From Candidatus Latescibacterota bacterium (GTDB lineage Bacteria > Latescibacterota > UBA2968 > UBA8231), in NCBI GenBank assembly GCA_963422735.1, contig OY730476.1, positions 1-64,000 of the forward strand: DNA of 64,000 nucleotides, read 5' to 3'. Made by a program: the position numbers and the translations under genes. The notes below the pieces were generated by a model. The model was given only the letters and a program-made list of their open reading frames with translations. It ran no database searches and was not told where the DNA came from. Positions 40,234 to 50,356 of the stretch are shown here, in pieces. Every line of letters begins with the position of its first letter. Within the stretch, counting starts at the first letter, position 1.

Positions 40234-43200
40234 CCACTGTTTTCTACGATTTGGGCGACGAGGTCGTCGAGGCGGGTGCGAGTCGCCGCTAGATCCGCTC
40301 GTGTGAAGCGCGTAAGGTGTGCCTCGTCTAAGTCGGCGAAGTACAGCGTCGTGCGGTATTCGTCTTGGTCCGGGTGGAGAGCCTGCAAGCAGAGGGCGTA
40401 GATTCCCAACTGAAGTCGGTAGTGCTGTACGGCCTCTGCTGTATTTGCGTGGTGGCCGGTCTTGTAATCGACTAATTCCCACAGTCCGTCGGCACCGCGT
40501 CCCATGTAATCTACCACTCCATGTACTAAACCGCGCTCTAGCGAGAGCGTAAAGCGCACTTCGGTACGGGCCTCCGCATGGGCGAGCCAGCGCGCGGCTA
40601 AGGGCGATTGGTGGCAGCGGCGCAACAGGGTAGCCAGCTCGCGCTCGAACGAGGCGCGATAGGAGGCTACGGGCAAAGTGGCGGCTGCGACGAGGTCGGC
40701 TGCGAGGGCTGCGGGGTCGGCATCTGGGCTGTTGCTCAGGGCCTCTAGGCCGGCGTGGGCGAGCTTACCAAAGAGTATGCTGCGGCGGCGGGGCGCATCT
40801 GCTTGGCCGAGGGGCCACGGCGGCAGGCCCAACACGTACTGGCGATGGTGCGCGGCCGGATCTGCGGCGAAGAGGACCAACTCGCTGACTGCAAGTTCGG
40901 GCCGGGCCTGTGGATCGTCGAGCGGCGATAGCAGATCCAATACCGGTTCTGCTGCTTGCGCGGGCGCGACGTCGAGGGCGAGAAAGGCCGGCTCGGCCCT
41001 GCGATCGGTGGTCGCGGAGGCCGGGAACGCACTGGGGTCAGTGTAGATGGGTAACGGGGACGGTACGCCTGCAACCGCCTTGGCACCTCGGGCGAGGTCG
41101 GCCTCTGTCAGGGCCAAGCTTCCACAAATCCAACTGAGACAGTCCGCAGCCGCGTCAAGGTCGGCGGCAAAGTGCTTGTCGGTCAGCGCACCGCCGAGCA
41201 GCAGGTGATCTCGGGCGCGGGTACAAGCCACGTACAACAGGCGCTTCTCTTCGGCGTGCTGGCGACGGCTCGCATTGCGATTGATGAGGCTGCGTATAAA
41301 GGAGGAGGTCTTTTTATAGCCCTGCTCGGGGTCGAGTGTGCGCAAGCCTATACCCTTTTCCGCGTCGATGAGTACGGGAGCACTGTTTTGCAAATTGAAT
41401 CTCGCGGCCAAGTCGGGCACTACGACGATGGGAAACTCCAAGCCTTTGGCCGCATGTACAGTCAGGATGTTTAAGGCGTCCGCGTCGAGGCGGGCTTCGC
41501 CCTCTTGTTGTTCTTCATTCGTCAACAAGTCGAGGCGGGCTGCGAAATCAGCGAGAGGGCCGCGGAATTCGCGGGCGAGGTCGAGGAGTTTATGCACGTT
41601 AGCTATGGCCTGCTCCCCGCGCTCGCCATAGCAGAGAAAGCCCCAAGCCCCAGTGTCTTCGAGGATGGTGTGCAGCAGCCTAACGAGGGGTACGCGGTCG
41701 CGCAGCTCTCTCCAGCACTGGAGCCGAGCGACCGCGTCCGCAGCGGCCTCTTGGTCCGCAGGGGCGAGCCGCTGCTGCCGACTAGCGTCGAAGAGGTGCT
41801 CTGCGAGCCGCCCGCCGTGGGGCGCGGCCAGCGCGTACAAGGCGTTGTCCGACAGGCCGAAGTACGGCGAGCGCAACGCGCCCATCAAGGCGATGTCGTC
41901 GCCGGAATTACACAGGGCGCGGAGGATATTGGCTAGGTCGTAGATTTCTTGGCGCTGGTAAAAGCCCCGGCCGCCGACCACTTGGAAGGGAATGCCACCG
42001 GCCCGCAGCGCGTCTTCGTACGCGAAGAGATTGCGGCGACGGCGCAGAAGCAAGGCAATGTCTCCGGGAACGGGCGGACGCAAGCCCTCTTCTTCGGTGA
42101 CCTGCAAGTCGCTGCCCGCCAGCAGGTGGCTCAGGCGGCGAGCCACGAACTCGGCTTCGCGCAGCGCGGCCTCTATCGCGTCGCGGCTGTCGTCCGGCGG
42201 CAAGAGCAAAAGCTCAACCGAACCCTCACTCACACTGGTAGAGCGGCACCCGACGAGCGGGTCGTAACCGACTTGGAAAGGCTCGTCCGGGACCGCCTGC
42301 ATAAACTTGGGAAAGAGCGCGTTGACAAAGGCAATGGGCTGGGCGAGGGTGCGGAAATTTTCGCCCATGACGAGCGCACCGAGCCGCTCTGTGGGGGAGG
42401 CGTCGAGGAGCTCGCCGTCGTCGCAAAAGGGGCGGGAGTCGCGCTTGTGCGCGGCATTGGCCTCGGCGATGGCGTCGCGAACGCGGGCGAAGACCGTGAC
42501 GTCGGCTGCGCGGAACGAGTAAATCGACTGCTTGGGATCGCCGACGATGAAGAGTTTGTCGCCGGCCATTTGCCCATCCGGCGACGCCAGCGAGCGGATG
42601 ATTTCCCACTGCAAGGGATCGGTGTCTTGGAATTCGTCGATCAGCGCGAAGCGATAGTGCTGGGCCAAGCGTTGGCGGATGTCTGCGTTGGCGGCGATGA
42701 GCTGATGGCTTTTCTCTAGAAGGTCGTCCATGTCCAGCATATTGCCGTTGCCTTTGCTGCTCTCACAGCGCGCATCGGCTCGGAGAAAGACGCGCGACAG
42801 GGCGGGCAGTACTGCGGCGGCGCGCTCGTCGGCCGCCCCGAGTTCGAGGCCGAGGCGATCGGCATGCGGGGCTAGGCAGCGCCCCAAGGCGGGCACGAGT
42901 TCGCGGACGCGAGCGAGCGCGGCTTCCTCCCAATTGGATTTCTTGCCCAGCCGGTTGCCGCTTAGAGGTTTGCCATTGGTCAAAAGTCCCTTGGCTAGGC
43001 GTGAGAGGATTTCTATAGCCTCGTCGGGCGGGGGCGTTTGGCTCAGCCGGCGCATGAAGTCGCAGAGGGGGTTTAGCCGCTCGACGGCCGAGTCTCTCGC
43101 GTCGGTTAAGGGTGCGAGCTCGGCAAGCTCGGCGAGCATTTCGGTGAAGTGGGCATCCGCGAGCAGGGCGCGGTACGCGGGGGCACCGGCCGTTTGCTGC

Positions 43201-43832
43201 GTCCTGCGCCAGTCGCTGAGGATTGGGTCGGGCGACTGCTCGGCGTAGCGGCGGCACCACGAGCGGGCGAGATGCTTTTTCTCGAGTAGGTATTCCAAGA
43301 TCTGTTCGAGATAGCGGCGCGGCCATTCGGCTAAGGTGCGCTGCAAAGCCCCTTTGTCCGGGTCGGAGTCGCGCAATCGGGCTAGGGACTCTAGAGTTTG
43401 GCGCACGGCTTGGTGCCGAAGCTGCACGGCATCTACTTCTTCCAAGACCGCAAAGGCCGGGTCCACATCCGCTTCAATGGGATACTCGCGCAACAGGGCT
43501 GTGCAGAAGGCGTGGATGGTGGAAATGCGCGCCGCGGGCAGGTCTGCGCGGATTTGCCGCAGGCGCTGCCGCTCTGGTTCGGGCAGATCCTGATCGAGGG
43601 CGTTGGACAGCCGCCGGGCGATGCGCTCGCGCATTTCCGCCGCGGCCTTTTGGGTAAACGTGATGGCCAGCACTTGGCGCACGCCGATTTCGGGATGCAG
43701 GCGCAACAGCTCGATGTAGCGCTCGACTAGCGTTGCGGTCTTGCCCGCGCCGGCGCTGGCGGTGACCGCGATATTGCGCTGGCTGTCGAGGGCCATGCGC
43801 TGGACTTCAGTTAGGGGGACGGTGCGCTTCAC
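40230..43832 (-). CDS. addA: AddA/UvrD-like helicase-nuclease
   Basis: ASAGAGKT, TFTQKAA, DEFQDT, VGDPKQSIYSFR, TVHAAKGLEF, YVACTRA; nuclease GVVD..VDYKTG. Confidence 0.88.
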   Translation of the reverse strand: MKRTVPLTEVQRMALDSQRNIAVTASAGAGKTATLVERYIELLRLHPEIGVRQVLAITFTQKAAAEMRERIARRLSNALDQDLPEPERQRLRQIRADLPAARISTIHAFCTALLREYPIEADVDPAFAVLEEVDAVQLRHQAVRQTLESLARLRDSDPDKGALQRTLAEWPRRYLEQILEYLLEKKHLARSWCRRYAEQSPDPILSDWRRTQQTAGAPAYRALLADAHFTEMLAELAELAPLTDARDSAVERLNPLCDFMRRLSQTPPPDEAIEILSRLAKGLLTNGKPLSGNRLGKKSNWEEAALARVRELVPALGRCLAPHADRLGLELGAADERAAAVLPALSRVFLRADARCESSKGNGNMLDMDDLLEKSHQLIAANADIRQRLAQHYRFALIDEFQDTDPLQWEIIRSLASPDGQMAGDKLFIVGDPKQSIYSFRAADVTVFARVRDAIAEANAAHKRDSRPFCDDGELLDASPTERLGALVMGENFRTLAQPIAFVNALFPKFMQAVPDEPFQVGYDPLVGCRSTSVSEGSVELLLLPPDDSRDAIEAALREAEFVARRLSHLLAGSDLQVTEEEGLRPPVPGDIALLLRRRRNLFAYEDALRAGGIPFQVVGGRGFYQRQEIYDLANILRALCNSGDDIALMGALRSPYFGLSDNALYALAAPHGGRLAEHLFDASRQQRLAPADQEAAADAVARLQCWRELRDRVPLVRLLHTILEDTGAWGFLCYGERGEQAIANVHKLLDLAREFRGPLADFAARLDLLTNEEQQEGEARLDADALNILTVHAAKGLEFPIVVVPDLAARFNLQNSAPVLIDAEKGIGLRTLDPEQGYKKTSSFIRSLINRNASRRQHAEEKRLLYVACTRARDHLLLGGALTDKHFAADLDAAADCLSWICGSLALTEADLARGAKAVAGVPSPLPIYTDPSAFPASATTDRRAEPAFLALDVAPAQAAEPVLDLLSPLDDPQARPELAVSELVLFAADPAAHHRQYVLGLPPWPLGQADAPRRRSILFGKLAHAGLEALSNSPDADPAALAADLVAAATLPVASYRASFERELATLLRRCHQSPLAARWLAHAEARTEVRFTLSLERGLVHGVVDYMGRGADGLWELVDYKTGHHANTAEAVQHYRLQLGIYALCLQALHPDQDEYRTTLYFADLDEAHLTRFTRADLAATRTRLDDLVAQIVENSG

Positions 43833-46800
43833 GACAAGTCCCTCATGCGTTGGGGATCGAGGCGGCAGCTTTGTTGATAAGGGCAGTGCGGGCAGATTTT
43901 GGCCGGGTCGTGGGCGGTGACGCGAAACACCCCACGGCGCATGGCTCGCGCATAGGAGAGGACGAAGCCGCGCACGGCGTCGAGGCGCTGGCGATACGCT
44001 TCGTGGTCGTACAGGCCGTAGCGACCGCTGGCGACATAGGCCGCATTGCGATGTGTGGCATCGGCAAATAGCCCGCTGCGGCCGCAGTCCTCTAGGTCGC
44101 GGAGCATCAGGTACGCCGCCCCGGCCCCTTCTCGCAGCCCGATTTCCTCGAACAGGGATTCAGCCGCTAGTAAGTAGAGCGGGAGCTGGAGGTTGAGACC
44201 GATGTCAATATCGGCTACGGAGGGCATGCGGCCGGTCTTGTAGTCGAAGACGACGAAGCGGCCATCGGCCGTGCGGTCGATGCGGTCGATCTTGCCGGAA
44301 AGCCGCACTTCGTCCCCGGTTTCTGGGTCGCCGATGGCATAGAGCGTGGTGGTCGATTGCTGGTCGCCCTCCCCCATGCCGGGGTAGCTGCCAAAGCTCA
44401 GCTCAAAATGGGTCGGCACGGCCGGATTAGCCGCGGCCGATTGCAGGCGGAGGAAGCAGGGCAAGATGCCCTCGCGCTCCCCGTCGTCAGAGCCGAGCAG
44501 ACGCTCTAATTCTCGATCCCAGAAAAAGCCCGTAAGCCTCATTCCCTCGGCGATTTGGCGGCCTCGGTGCCGCAGTTCCGCGATATTTGTGGCCAAGTTT
44601 TCCGTGCGTTCAGCCGCTTCGCCCCGGTCCGCATAGAAGTGGTAAAGAATACGGTGGACGAGGTTGCCGCGCTTGAGCGCCGAGTCGTCGGCTCCTGGGT
44701 CGTGGAGGGGCTGGAGGTTGAGCAGTTCTTGGGCAAAAAACCGGAAGGGACAGCGGCCGTACAGCTCTAGTTGAGTCGCGGAAAAAGAATGACCCGCGCC
44801 GAGGCGGGTGCGCAGCGCGTCGAGTAGCGGAGCCTCGTCGAGTACGCCTTCATAGTGGCCGAAACCCTCGGAACTCGTGCGCCGTTCAGCAATGTGCAAG
44901 CCGCGCACGAGATGTGCAGTGGCGCGGTCGTCGAGCCGCACGGCTTGGTTGTAGAGTGCGAGGGCGTCGTGTGCGCGCTCGGATTCGCGCACAGCGCACA
45001 GGCCGTGCCCCAATGCAAGGTGCAACTCGGCAAGGGTCCCCGGTGTGGATCCGACCTCGCACGGGGAAGGCTGCGGAGCGAGCAGGCCGTCTAACTCGGC
45101 GAAAAAGGGAGAGGGGGCAAGCATCTTGCTGCCCGACTGCTGGGGATAGAAGACGCCGAGGCCGCGGCGCGGTGTGCATACGGCGCGGTAGAACAGCAAG
45201 CGCTCGGCGGCGGTGGTGGCGTCCTCGTCTAAGTTCAGGGCGCGGCGCTGGGTTTCTTCGAGGAAAATATCGGCTGGCGGCAAGCGGGGAAATTCGCCTT
45301 GCACCAACCCGCCGAGGAAGAGGTAATCGCAGGGTGTGCTGCCCGCTGCGGCGAGGTCGGTCACCTGAATGCCAGCGCGCGTTGTGGTGGGGACATGCGC
45401 TTGAAAGATGGCGTCGCGCAGCAGGTCGGCGAACTGGCTCAGGGTGCGGGGTTGCAGGGCTGCGGCCGGCGCGCACAATTCGTCGAGTAGCTCCAAAAAG
45501 CACGCCACTGCCCGGCCGTCTTCTACCGTCCCATCTGCGAGCGCGTCTTCTACGCCGAGGGCGCCGAGGGCGTGGAGCAGATGGTGGCGGAAGGAGGGTA
45601 GGTCCTGTCGGCTCTCCAAGGGCTGGAGCAAGTCAAAGAGTGCGGTTAGGCTGGCTCGTAGGGGCTGGAGGGCCTCCCATTCGTCGCGCAGGGACTCGCG
45701 CCAAGTGGGGAAATCGTCGATTTCTTCGGAGACTGGCTCTCCTTCTCGTTCTAACTCGCGCTCTATGTAGGCGAAGGTGTCGTCAATGGCTGCGAGCCAT
45801 GCGCTGCGCCCGGTTGGCGGCGAAATGTTGCGGGTCCACGCAGCGAAGTCTGCGGCGGAAAGCGTGCTGGTCTGGCGCGCGAATGCGTAGCGCAGTCGCA
45901 CCAAGGGCAAGCTGAGCAAGCGGAAGAGCGCGGCGCGGCTGTAGCGCTCTAGCACCGCGTTGATGAGCGCGAAGATGGTGTTCATGGCGGGCGCCGTGGC
46001 AAGGGGCCGCCCACGCGCGAGATAAAAAGGCAGGCCGTGGCGCGGCAGCACTTCCTCCACCAGCGCGGCATAGTCGTCGAGGTTGCGGAAGCCAATGCGG
46101 ATCTGCGCTAGTGCTACCCCTTGCTCTTGATGCAACTGGCGGACGCGGCGGGCCATCGCTGCGACTTCACCGACCCGGTCTGGGCAGGCGACCCGCTCTA
46201 CGGGCGCATCGAGGGAGTCGCGGCTGTGGGTGAAGAGACGGCCGGCAAACGCGGCGGCTGGGTATTGCTCGGCGGTGCTGTATTCGACGCGGACAGCGCG
46301 GGCGCGGAGGAATTCGTACAGGGAGCGCGTGCGGGCAAAAAAACTTGGGGCCTCGGGAATGTAGTCGAGCAACGCGATGGATTCTGGAACGAGGGCTAGC
46401 AGCTTGTCCAGCACGGGCAAAAAAGGTGTGGGCACTTCTACAAAGCCGCAGAACACGAGCAGGCTAAGGCCGGGGAAGTGCCGGGCGAGAACCGAGCGGT
46501 CGAGGTAGGTATCCACGGCGGCAAAACGCTCGCGGCTCCCGCTCCAGCCAGCCGCAAGGCGCTCTAGGTAGGTTGCATAAAGAGCCTGCAATTCCGCGCT
46601 GCGCTGAGTTGTTCCCCGCAGGTCACTCGGCTGGGTGCCCGTTTCCTCCAACCGGCGGAACAACTGAGTTAGCCCCCGGCTCAGCCGCTCGGGTCGGCTG
46701 CTGTAATAGGGTGCGCTGGCTGCGAGGGCGTCTTCGACTAAGAGCCGGTGGGCGCTGAGGGGCAGGGTTGGTCGCTGGCCGGGGCAGAGGCTATAGAGGA

Positions 46801-47017
46801 TGTCGGTAAAACTGTTTAGGTCGAGGGCCAAGTGCCCGGTGAGCAGGTGGCCGGCGCGGATGAGCTGCCGCCGCATGAGCTGGGCTTGGAAGTGCGATGG
46901 AAAGAGCCAGAGAAAGGACTCGCTGTCGCTTGCGTCGAGACGCGCCAAACAGCGCTCGTACGCGGGCGATGCCTTGTCGGGATGGGCTGGGCCGTAGATG
47001 AGGGTCAGTTCGCCCAT
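43829..47017 (-). CDS. addB: AddB-like nuclease subunit with Fe-S staple
   Basis: SATQLELY..CPFRFF, GKIDRID, DYKTG, CPHCPYQQSC; overlaps addA start. Confidence 0.85.
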   Translation of the reverse strand: MGELTLIYGPAHPDKASPAYERCLARLDASDSESFLWLFPSHFQAQLMRRQLIRAGHLLTGHLALDLNSFTDILYSLCPGQRPTLPLSAHRLLVEDALAASAPYYSSRPERLSRGLTQLFRRLEETGTQPSDLRGTTQRSAELQALYATYLERLAAGWSGSRERFAAVDTYLDRSVLARHFPGLSLLVFCGFVEVPTPFLPVLDKLLALVPESIALLDYIPEAPSFFARTRSLYEFLRARAVRVEYSTAEQYPAAAFAGRLFTHSRDSLDAPVERVACPDRVGEVAAMARRVRQLHQEQGVALAQIRIGFRNLDDYAALVEEVLPRHGLPFYLARGRPLATAPAMNTIFALINAVLERYSRAALFRLLSLPLVRLRYAFARQTSTLSAADFAAWTRNISPPTGRSAWLAAIDDTFAYIERELEREGEPVSEEIDDFPTWRESLRDEWEALQPLRASLTALFDLLQPLESRQDLPSFRHHLLHALGALGVEDALADGTVEDGRAVACFLELLDELCAPAAALQPRTLSQFADLLRDAIFQAHVPTTTRAGIQVTDLAAAGSTPCDYLFLGGLVQGEFPRLPPADIFLEETQRRALNLDEDATTAAERLLFYRAVCTPRRGLGVFYPQQSGSKMLAPSPFFAELDGLLAPQPSPCEVGSTPGTLAELHLALGHGLCAVRESERAHDALALYNQAVRLDDRATAHLVRGLHIAERRTSSEGFGHYEGVLDEAPLLDALRTRLGAGHSFSATQLELYGRCPFRFFAQELLNLQPLHDPGADDSALKRGNLVHRILYHFYADRGEAAERTENLATNIAELRHRGRQIAEGMRLTGFFWDRELERLLGSDDGEREGILPCFLRLQSAAANPAVPTHFELSFGSYPGMGEGDQQSTTTLYAIGDPETGDEVRLSGKIDRIDRTADGRFVVFDYKTGRMPSVADIDIGLNLQLPLYLLAAESLFEEIGLREGAGAAYLMLRDLEDCGRSGLFADATHRNAAYVASGRYGLYDHEAYRQRLDAVRGFVLSYARAMRRGVFRVTAHDPAKICPHCPYQQSCRLDPQRMRDLS

Positions 47018-47023
47018 TAAGAG

Positions 47024-47170
47024 CAGTGGTTAGGGGTTAGTGATCAGTGGTTAGGGGTTAGTGATCAGTGGTTAGGGGTTAGTGATCAGTGGTTAGTGAT
47101 CAGTGATCAGGGGTTAGGGGTCGGTCCCAACTCGCCCTTGGGTGTGGTGCTGGGGCTGACCACAGCCCCT
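47024..47170. repeat. Heptamer array with 21-bp higher-order repeat upstream of addB
   Basis: (GTGGTTA GGGGTTA GTGATCA) x3 plus further units to ~47122; short complementary arm CTGACCACAGCCCCT at ~47156-47170. Confidence 0.92.
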
Positions 47171-47309
47171 ATTCAGGGGTGCGCTGCCAACGTATCGCCG
47201 AGGAAAAACACTGTCAAGACGCTCGACGCACCGTGCGTTGACATAGAACCGAGCAGGTCGCTTTTTATGCCACGCGGCAGAACCGCGCCTTTTCTTTGGG
47301 GAACTCGCG

Positions 47310-48320
47310 ATGAAAAAATGGGCTGTTGTATTCTTTCTGTGGTGTAGTTGCGCCCCCTTGACCTCTCCTGCGGGAGAGCCGGGGGAATGGCAGGCACCCG
47401 AGATGCCGGCCGAGCCGCCGAGTGCGCTAGAGCAGTACTTGAAGGTGCGCCAGCACTATGGTTTTGGCCCCCGGCCCGACTTTGTGGCCGTGGTGCCGTT
47501 TGTCGATGAATCGGGGTTTCGCGAGGGGGTGTGGAACGTCGAATACGAACTGGCCAACATGCTTAGCGCAGAATTGGCGACCCTTCGCAAATGGCAGGTC
47601 GTCCCTTTTGACGCGGTCGCCGAGTTGGCTCTGGAGTTTGGGGTTCCCGACCACGCGCAGGCCCTCGCGATCGGCCGCAAGCTGGAGGCTGATTTCGTCG
47701 TCGTGGGCCTTTTGCAGGACTACGACATGCGCCGCCTGTCGGTGGGGGATCCCTTGTTGGGCGGCTACAAATCCTATTCGGCCGTGGCGCAGATGAGGGT
47801 CGAGATCGCACAGGTTGACGACGGCGGCACGATCGGTCAGGCAGAGGTGCATCGCGAGCTCAACGACCGCGATTTGGGACTCGCCCTGTTGGGCAAGCCG
47901 CGCGAGCAGGACTTGCAATTTGCCGGATTGAAGGAGCTAGCGTTTGGCTCAGAGGCGTTCCGCCAAACCCTGTTGGGCGAGGCGACGGTAGAGGCCGTAG
48001 GCGAGCTGGTGCACAAGGTGGCTGCTGCTTTCGACCCAGAAGGCTTGGCGTTTGAGGGCGATGCACCCGAGGTCATCGCCGTGTACAGCGAGGACATTTA
48101 CGCCAATATCGGCAGCGCGCACGGCGTGCGGTCGCGGTTGCGCTTTTTCGTCTATCCGAGCAACGACCGGATAGAGGCTGAGGGGCTAGCACCCGAAGAG
48201 TCGGTTGCCCTCGTCGAGGTCGCTGAAATCATCAGCACCCGGCTCGCCAGCTTGCGGGTGCTCCGCGCAACCGGGGAGATCAAGCCGGGCGATCGACTCG
48301 AGTTAGCGGAAGGAGAATAG
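47310..48320 (+). CDS. Lipoprotein, CsgG/FlgT-like fold
   Basis: Signal peptide with Cys; VAVVPF.D, ALAIGRKLEADFVVVG; C-terminal IYANIGS..G..IKPGD. Confidence 0.65.
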   Translation: MKKWAVVFFLWCSCAPLTSPAGEPGEWQAPEMPAEPPSALEQYLKVRQHYGFGPRPDFVAVVPFVDESGFREGVWNVEYELANMLSAELATLRKWQVVPFDAVAELALEFGVPDHAQALAIGRKLEADFVVVGLLQDYDMRRLSVGDPLLGGYKSYSAVAQMRVEIAQVDDGGTIGQAEVHRELNDRDLGLALLGKPREQDLQFAGLKELAFGSEAFRQTLLGEATVEAVGELVHKVAAAFDPEGLAFEGDAPEVIAVYSEDIYANIGSAHGVRSRLRFFVYPSNDRIEAEGLAPEESVALVEVAEIISTRLASLRVLRATGEIKPGDRLELAEGE

Positions 48321-48322
48321 CG

Positions 48323-49357
48323 ATGCAGGGCGTGGTCAAATACCAGCGGGGCGACGGATTTGTCGAGTTGCGCGACGTAGCGGATGCGCCGCCCGGCCCC
48401 AAGCAGGTGAAGGTCGAGGTGCAGGCCACCGGGATTTGCGGATCGGATCTACACGTGTACCGCGATACTATCAACTACCATATCCAGACCCCGGTCGTCA
48501 TGGGGCACGAGTTCAGCGGCGTGGTAGTGGAAAAGGGCTCGGAAGTCGGCGATCAAGTCGAGGTGGGCGACCGCGTGACTGGCGAGCCGAGTGTGTACAT
48601 CTGCGGCGACTGCGAATACTGCTTGAGCGAGCACTACAACCTCTGTCCCGAGCGCAAGGTCATGGGCTACTGGCACCATGGCTGCTTTGCGCCCTACTGC
48701 AATGCGACCTTCGTCCACAAGCTGCCCGCTGGCGTGGGGTTTGAAGCCGGTGCCCTGACTGAGCTGTTAGCCTGCTGCGTGCATTCGGTCATCGAGCAGG
48801 CCGGCGTGACCGCCGGGGACTTCGTCGCCATCACCGGGCCTGGGCCGGTGGGGCTATTCTCGGCACTCGTGGCGCTGGCCGAGGGGGGGACGGTGATCCT
48901 CTGCGGCACCGAGCGGGATGCCGAGCGGCTGCAACTGGCCGCGGATCTGGGCGTACAACACACGGTCGATATTGCGGCCTGCGACCCAGTGGCGCGAGTG
49001 CGCGAGCTGACCGGCGGCTATGGTGCCGACGTGGTGGTCGAGTGCGCGGGCGTGGCACCGGCTATGCGGTTGGCCTTGGAACTTGTGCGCAAGCGGGGCC
49101 GCTACGCCCAGATGGGCCTGCCGGGCGCGCCCGTGGAGATCGACTTCGAGAAGATCGCCTACAACGAACTCAAGGTCTCCGGCGGCATTGGCCAGCGGCG
49201 ACCGGCTTGGAAGCGGGCACTGCGGCTGATGGAGCGGGGCTTTATTCCCAGCGAAAAGCTGATCACCCACCACTTTGCCCTGAGCCAATGGCAGCGAGCC
49301 TTTGACATGGCCGAGGAGCAGGAGGGAATCAAGCTGATGTTCATGCCGCAGGGCTAA
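48323..49357 (+). CDS. Zn-dependent MDR dehydrogenase (sorbitol/threonine DH-like)
   Basis: GICGSD, GHEFSG, CGDCEYC..LC, GPGPVG. Confidence 0.92.
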   Translation: MQGVVKYQRGDGFVELRDVADAPPGPKQVKVEVQATGICGSDLHVYRDTINYHIQTPVVMGHEFSGVVVEKGSEVGDQVEVGDRVTGEPSVYICGDCEYCLSEHYNLCPERKVMGYWHHGCFAPYCNATFVHKLPAGVGFEAGALTELLACCVHSVIEQAGVTAGDFVAITGPGPVGLFSALVALAEGGTVILCGTERDAERLQLAADLGVQHTVDIAACDPVARVRELTGGYGADVVVECAGVAPAMRLALELVRKRGRYAQMGLPGAPVEIDFEKIAYNELKVSGGIGQRRPAWKRALRLMERGFIPSEKLITHHFALSQWQRAFDMAEEQEGIKLMFMPQG

Positions 49358-49388
49358 GCGCAACCCGCGCTTGTGGCTTTGGCGAAAA

Positions 49389-49418
49389 TTGACAATCATC
49401 ATAAAAAAGTGATAAATT
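49389..49418 (+). promoter_or_regulatory. Sigma70 promoter of TA operon, probably leaderless
   Basis: TTGACA-18-TAAATT with extended TG; GTG start 4 nt after the -10 box. Confidence 0.55.
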
Positions 49419-49422
49419 GGGT

Positions 49423-49788
49423 GTGTGGGACTTCCGCGAATACCATAGTGCGGTAGGGAAGTGTCCTGTATCGGAATGGTATGGAGAGTTATCAGCGAAA
49501 AATAGAGCGAGAGCCGACCGGTTTTTGCGCATCGCTCGGCGGTTCAACCGGCTTGAACCGCCGCATTTCAAGAAATTTCGCGAGTTATGGGAAGCGCGTT
49601 GGTGGGGTGAAAATAAGGTTCCGCATCGGATATTTTGTTATGTCCCTTCCGATAGACAGTTGACATTGCTCTGTGGCTGCATACACAAGGACGATCGATA
49701 TAAGCCTACGAAAGCCTATAATACGGCGGTACAGCGCCGCAACGAAATAGAAAACGGGGAGGCAAGCACCCATGAGTTCGATTTATAA
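49423..49788 (+). CDS. RelE/HigB (Gp49-like) toxin
   Basis: GKCPVSEW, LWEAR, HRIF, LLCGCIHK, AVQRRNE. Confidence 0.8.
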   Translation: MWDFREYHSAVGKCPVSEWYGELSAKNRARADRFLRIARRFNRLEPPHFKKFRELWEARWWGENKVPHRIFCYVPSDRQLTLLCGCIHKDDRYKPTKAYNTAVQRRNEIENGEASTHEFDL

Positions 49789-50356
49789 GCTCTGGCGTAA
49801 ACTGCGCGACAAAGCGTACCGAGACGGCTATACGGAAGCTCAGCTTTCAATTGAGATGCCCTTTCAGATCCGAGCAATCCGCAAAGCACTCGGCTGGACG
49901 CAAGCCCAACTCGCGGAGCGGAGCGGCATTCCGCAAGCGCGGATATCCCACATTGAACAGCCCGGCCGGGATCCGCTGTCGTTGCGGACGCTGTACCGAT
50001 TGGCAACCGCCTTTGACGTGGGCTTGCTGGTACAGTTTGTGCCGTTTAGCGAGTTGGTACGGCGGGAAGCGGCCTTTGACCCCGAGACGTTTCGCGTCCC
50101 CAGCTATGCAGAGGATCATATAGAGAGAACCGCACAGACTACCGATACATTGGTGACAACGGAGCCTTACACGACCAACCTCAAACTTGAATTCAAGGTA
50201 CAGGTACCGTCCGCAGAGAGTTTGCAGGTTCGGGGCTTATTCTTCCAGTCGCTAGAAACTCAGACTCGCAACGTGATCCTAGCTAGCACAGAACCCGGCA
50301 CCGATTGGTCCACAGAAAGGACACCGTATGAATACAAAGCACAGGCCACAGGATGA
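49772..50356 (+). CDS. XRE HTH antitoxin with long C-terminal tail
   Basis: QIRAIRKALGWTQAQLAERSG..QARISHIE..TLYRLATAFDVGL.VQFVPFS. Confidence 0.85.
   Translation: MSSIYKLWRKLRDKAYRDGYTEAQLSIEMPFQIRAIRKALGWTQAQLAERSGIPQARISHIEQPGRDPLSLRTLYRLATAFDVGLLVQFVPFSELVRREAAFDPETFRVPSYAEDHIERTAQTTDTLVTTEPYTTNLKLEFKVQVPSAESLQVRGLFFQSLETQTRNVILASTEPGTDWSTERTPYEYKAQATG

Noticed and set aside
44914-45915. 333-aa Arg-rich plus-strand ORF
   Set aside because: Antisense shadow of addB
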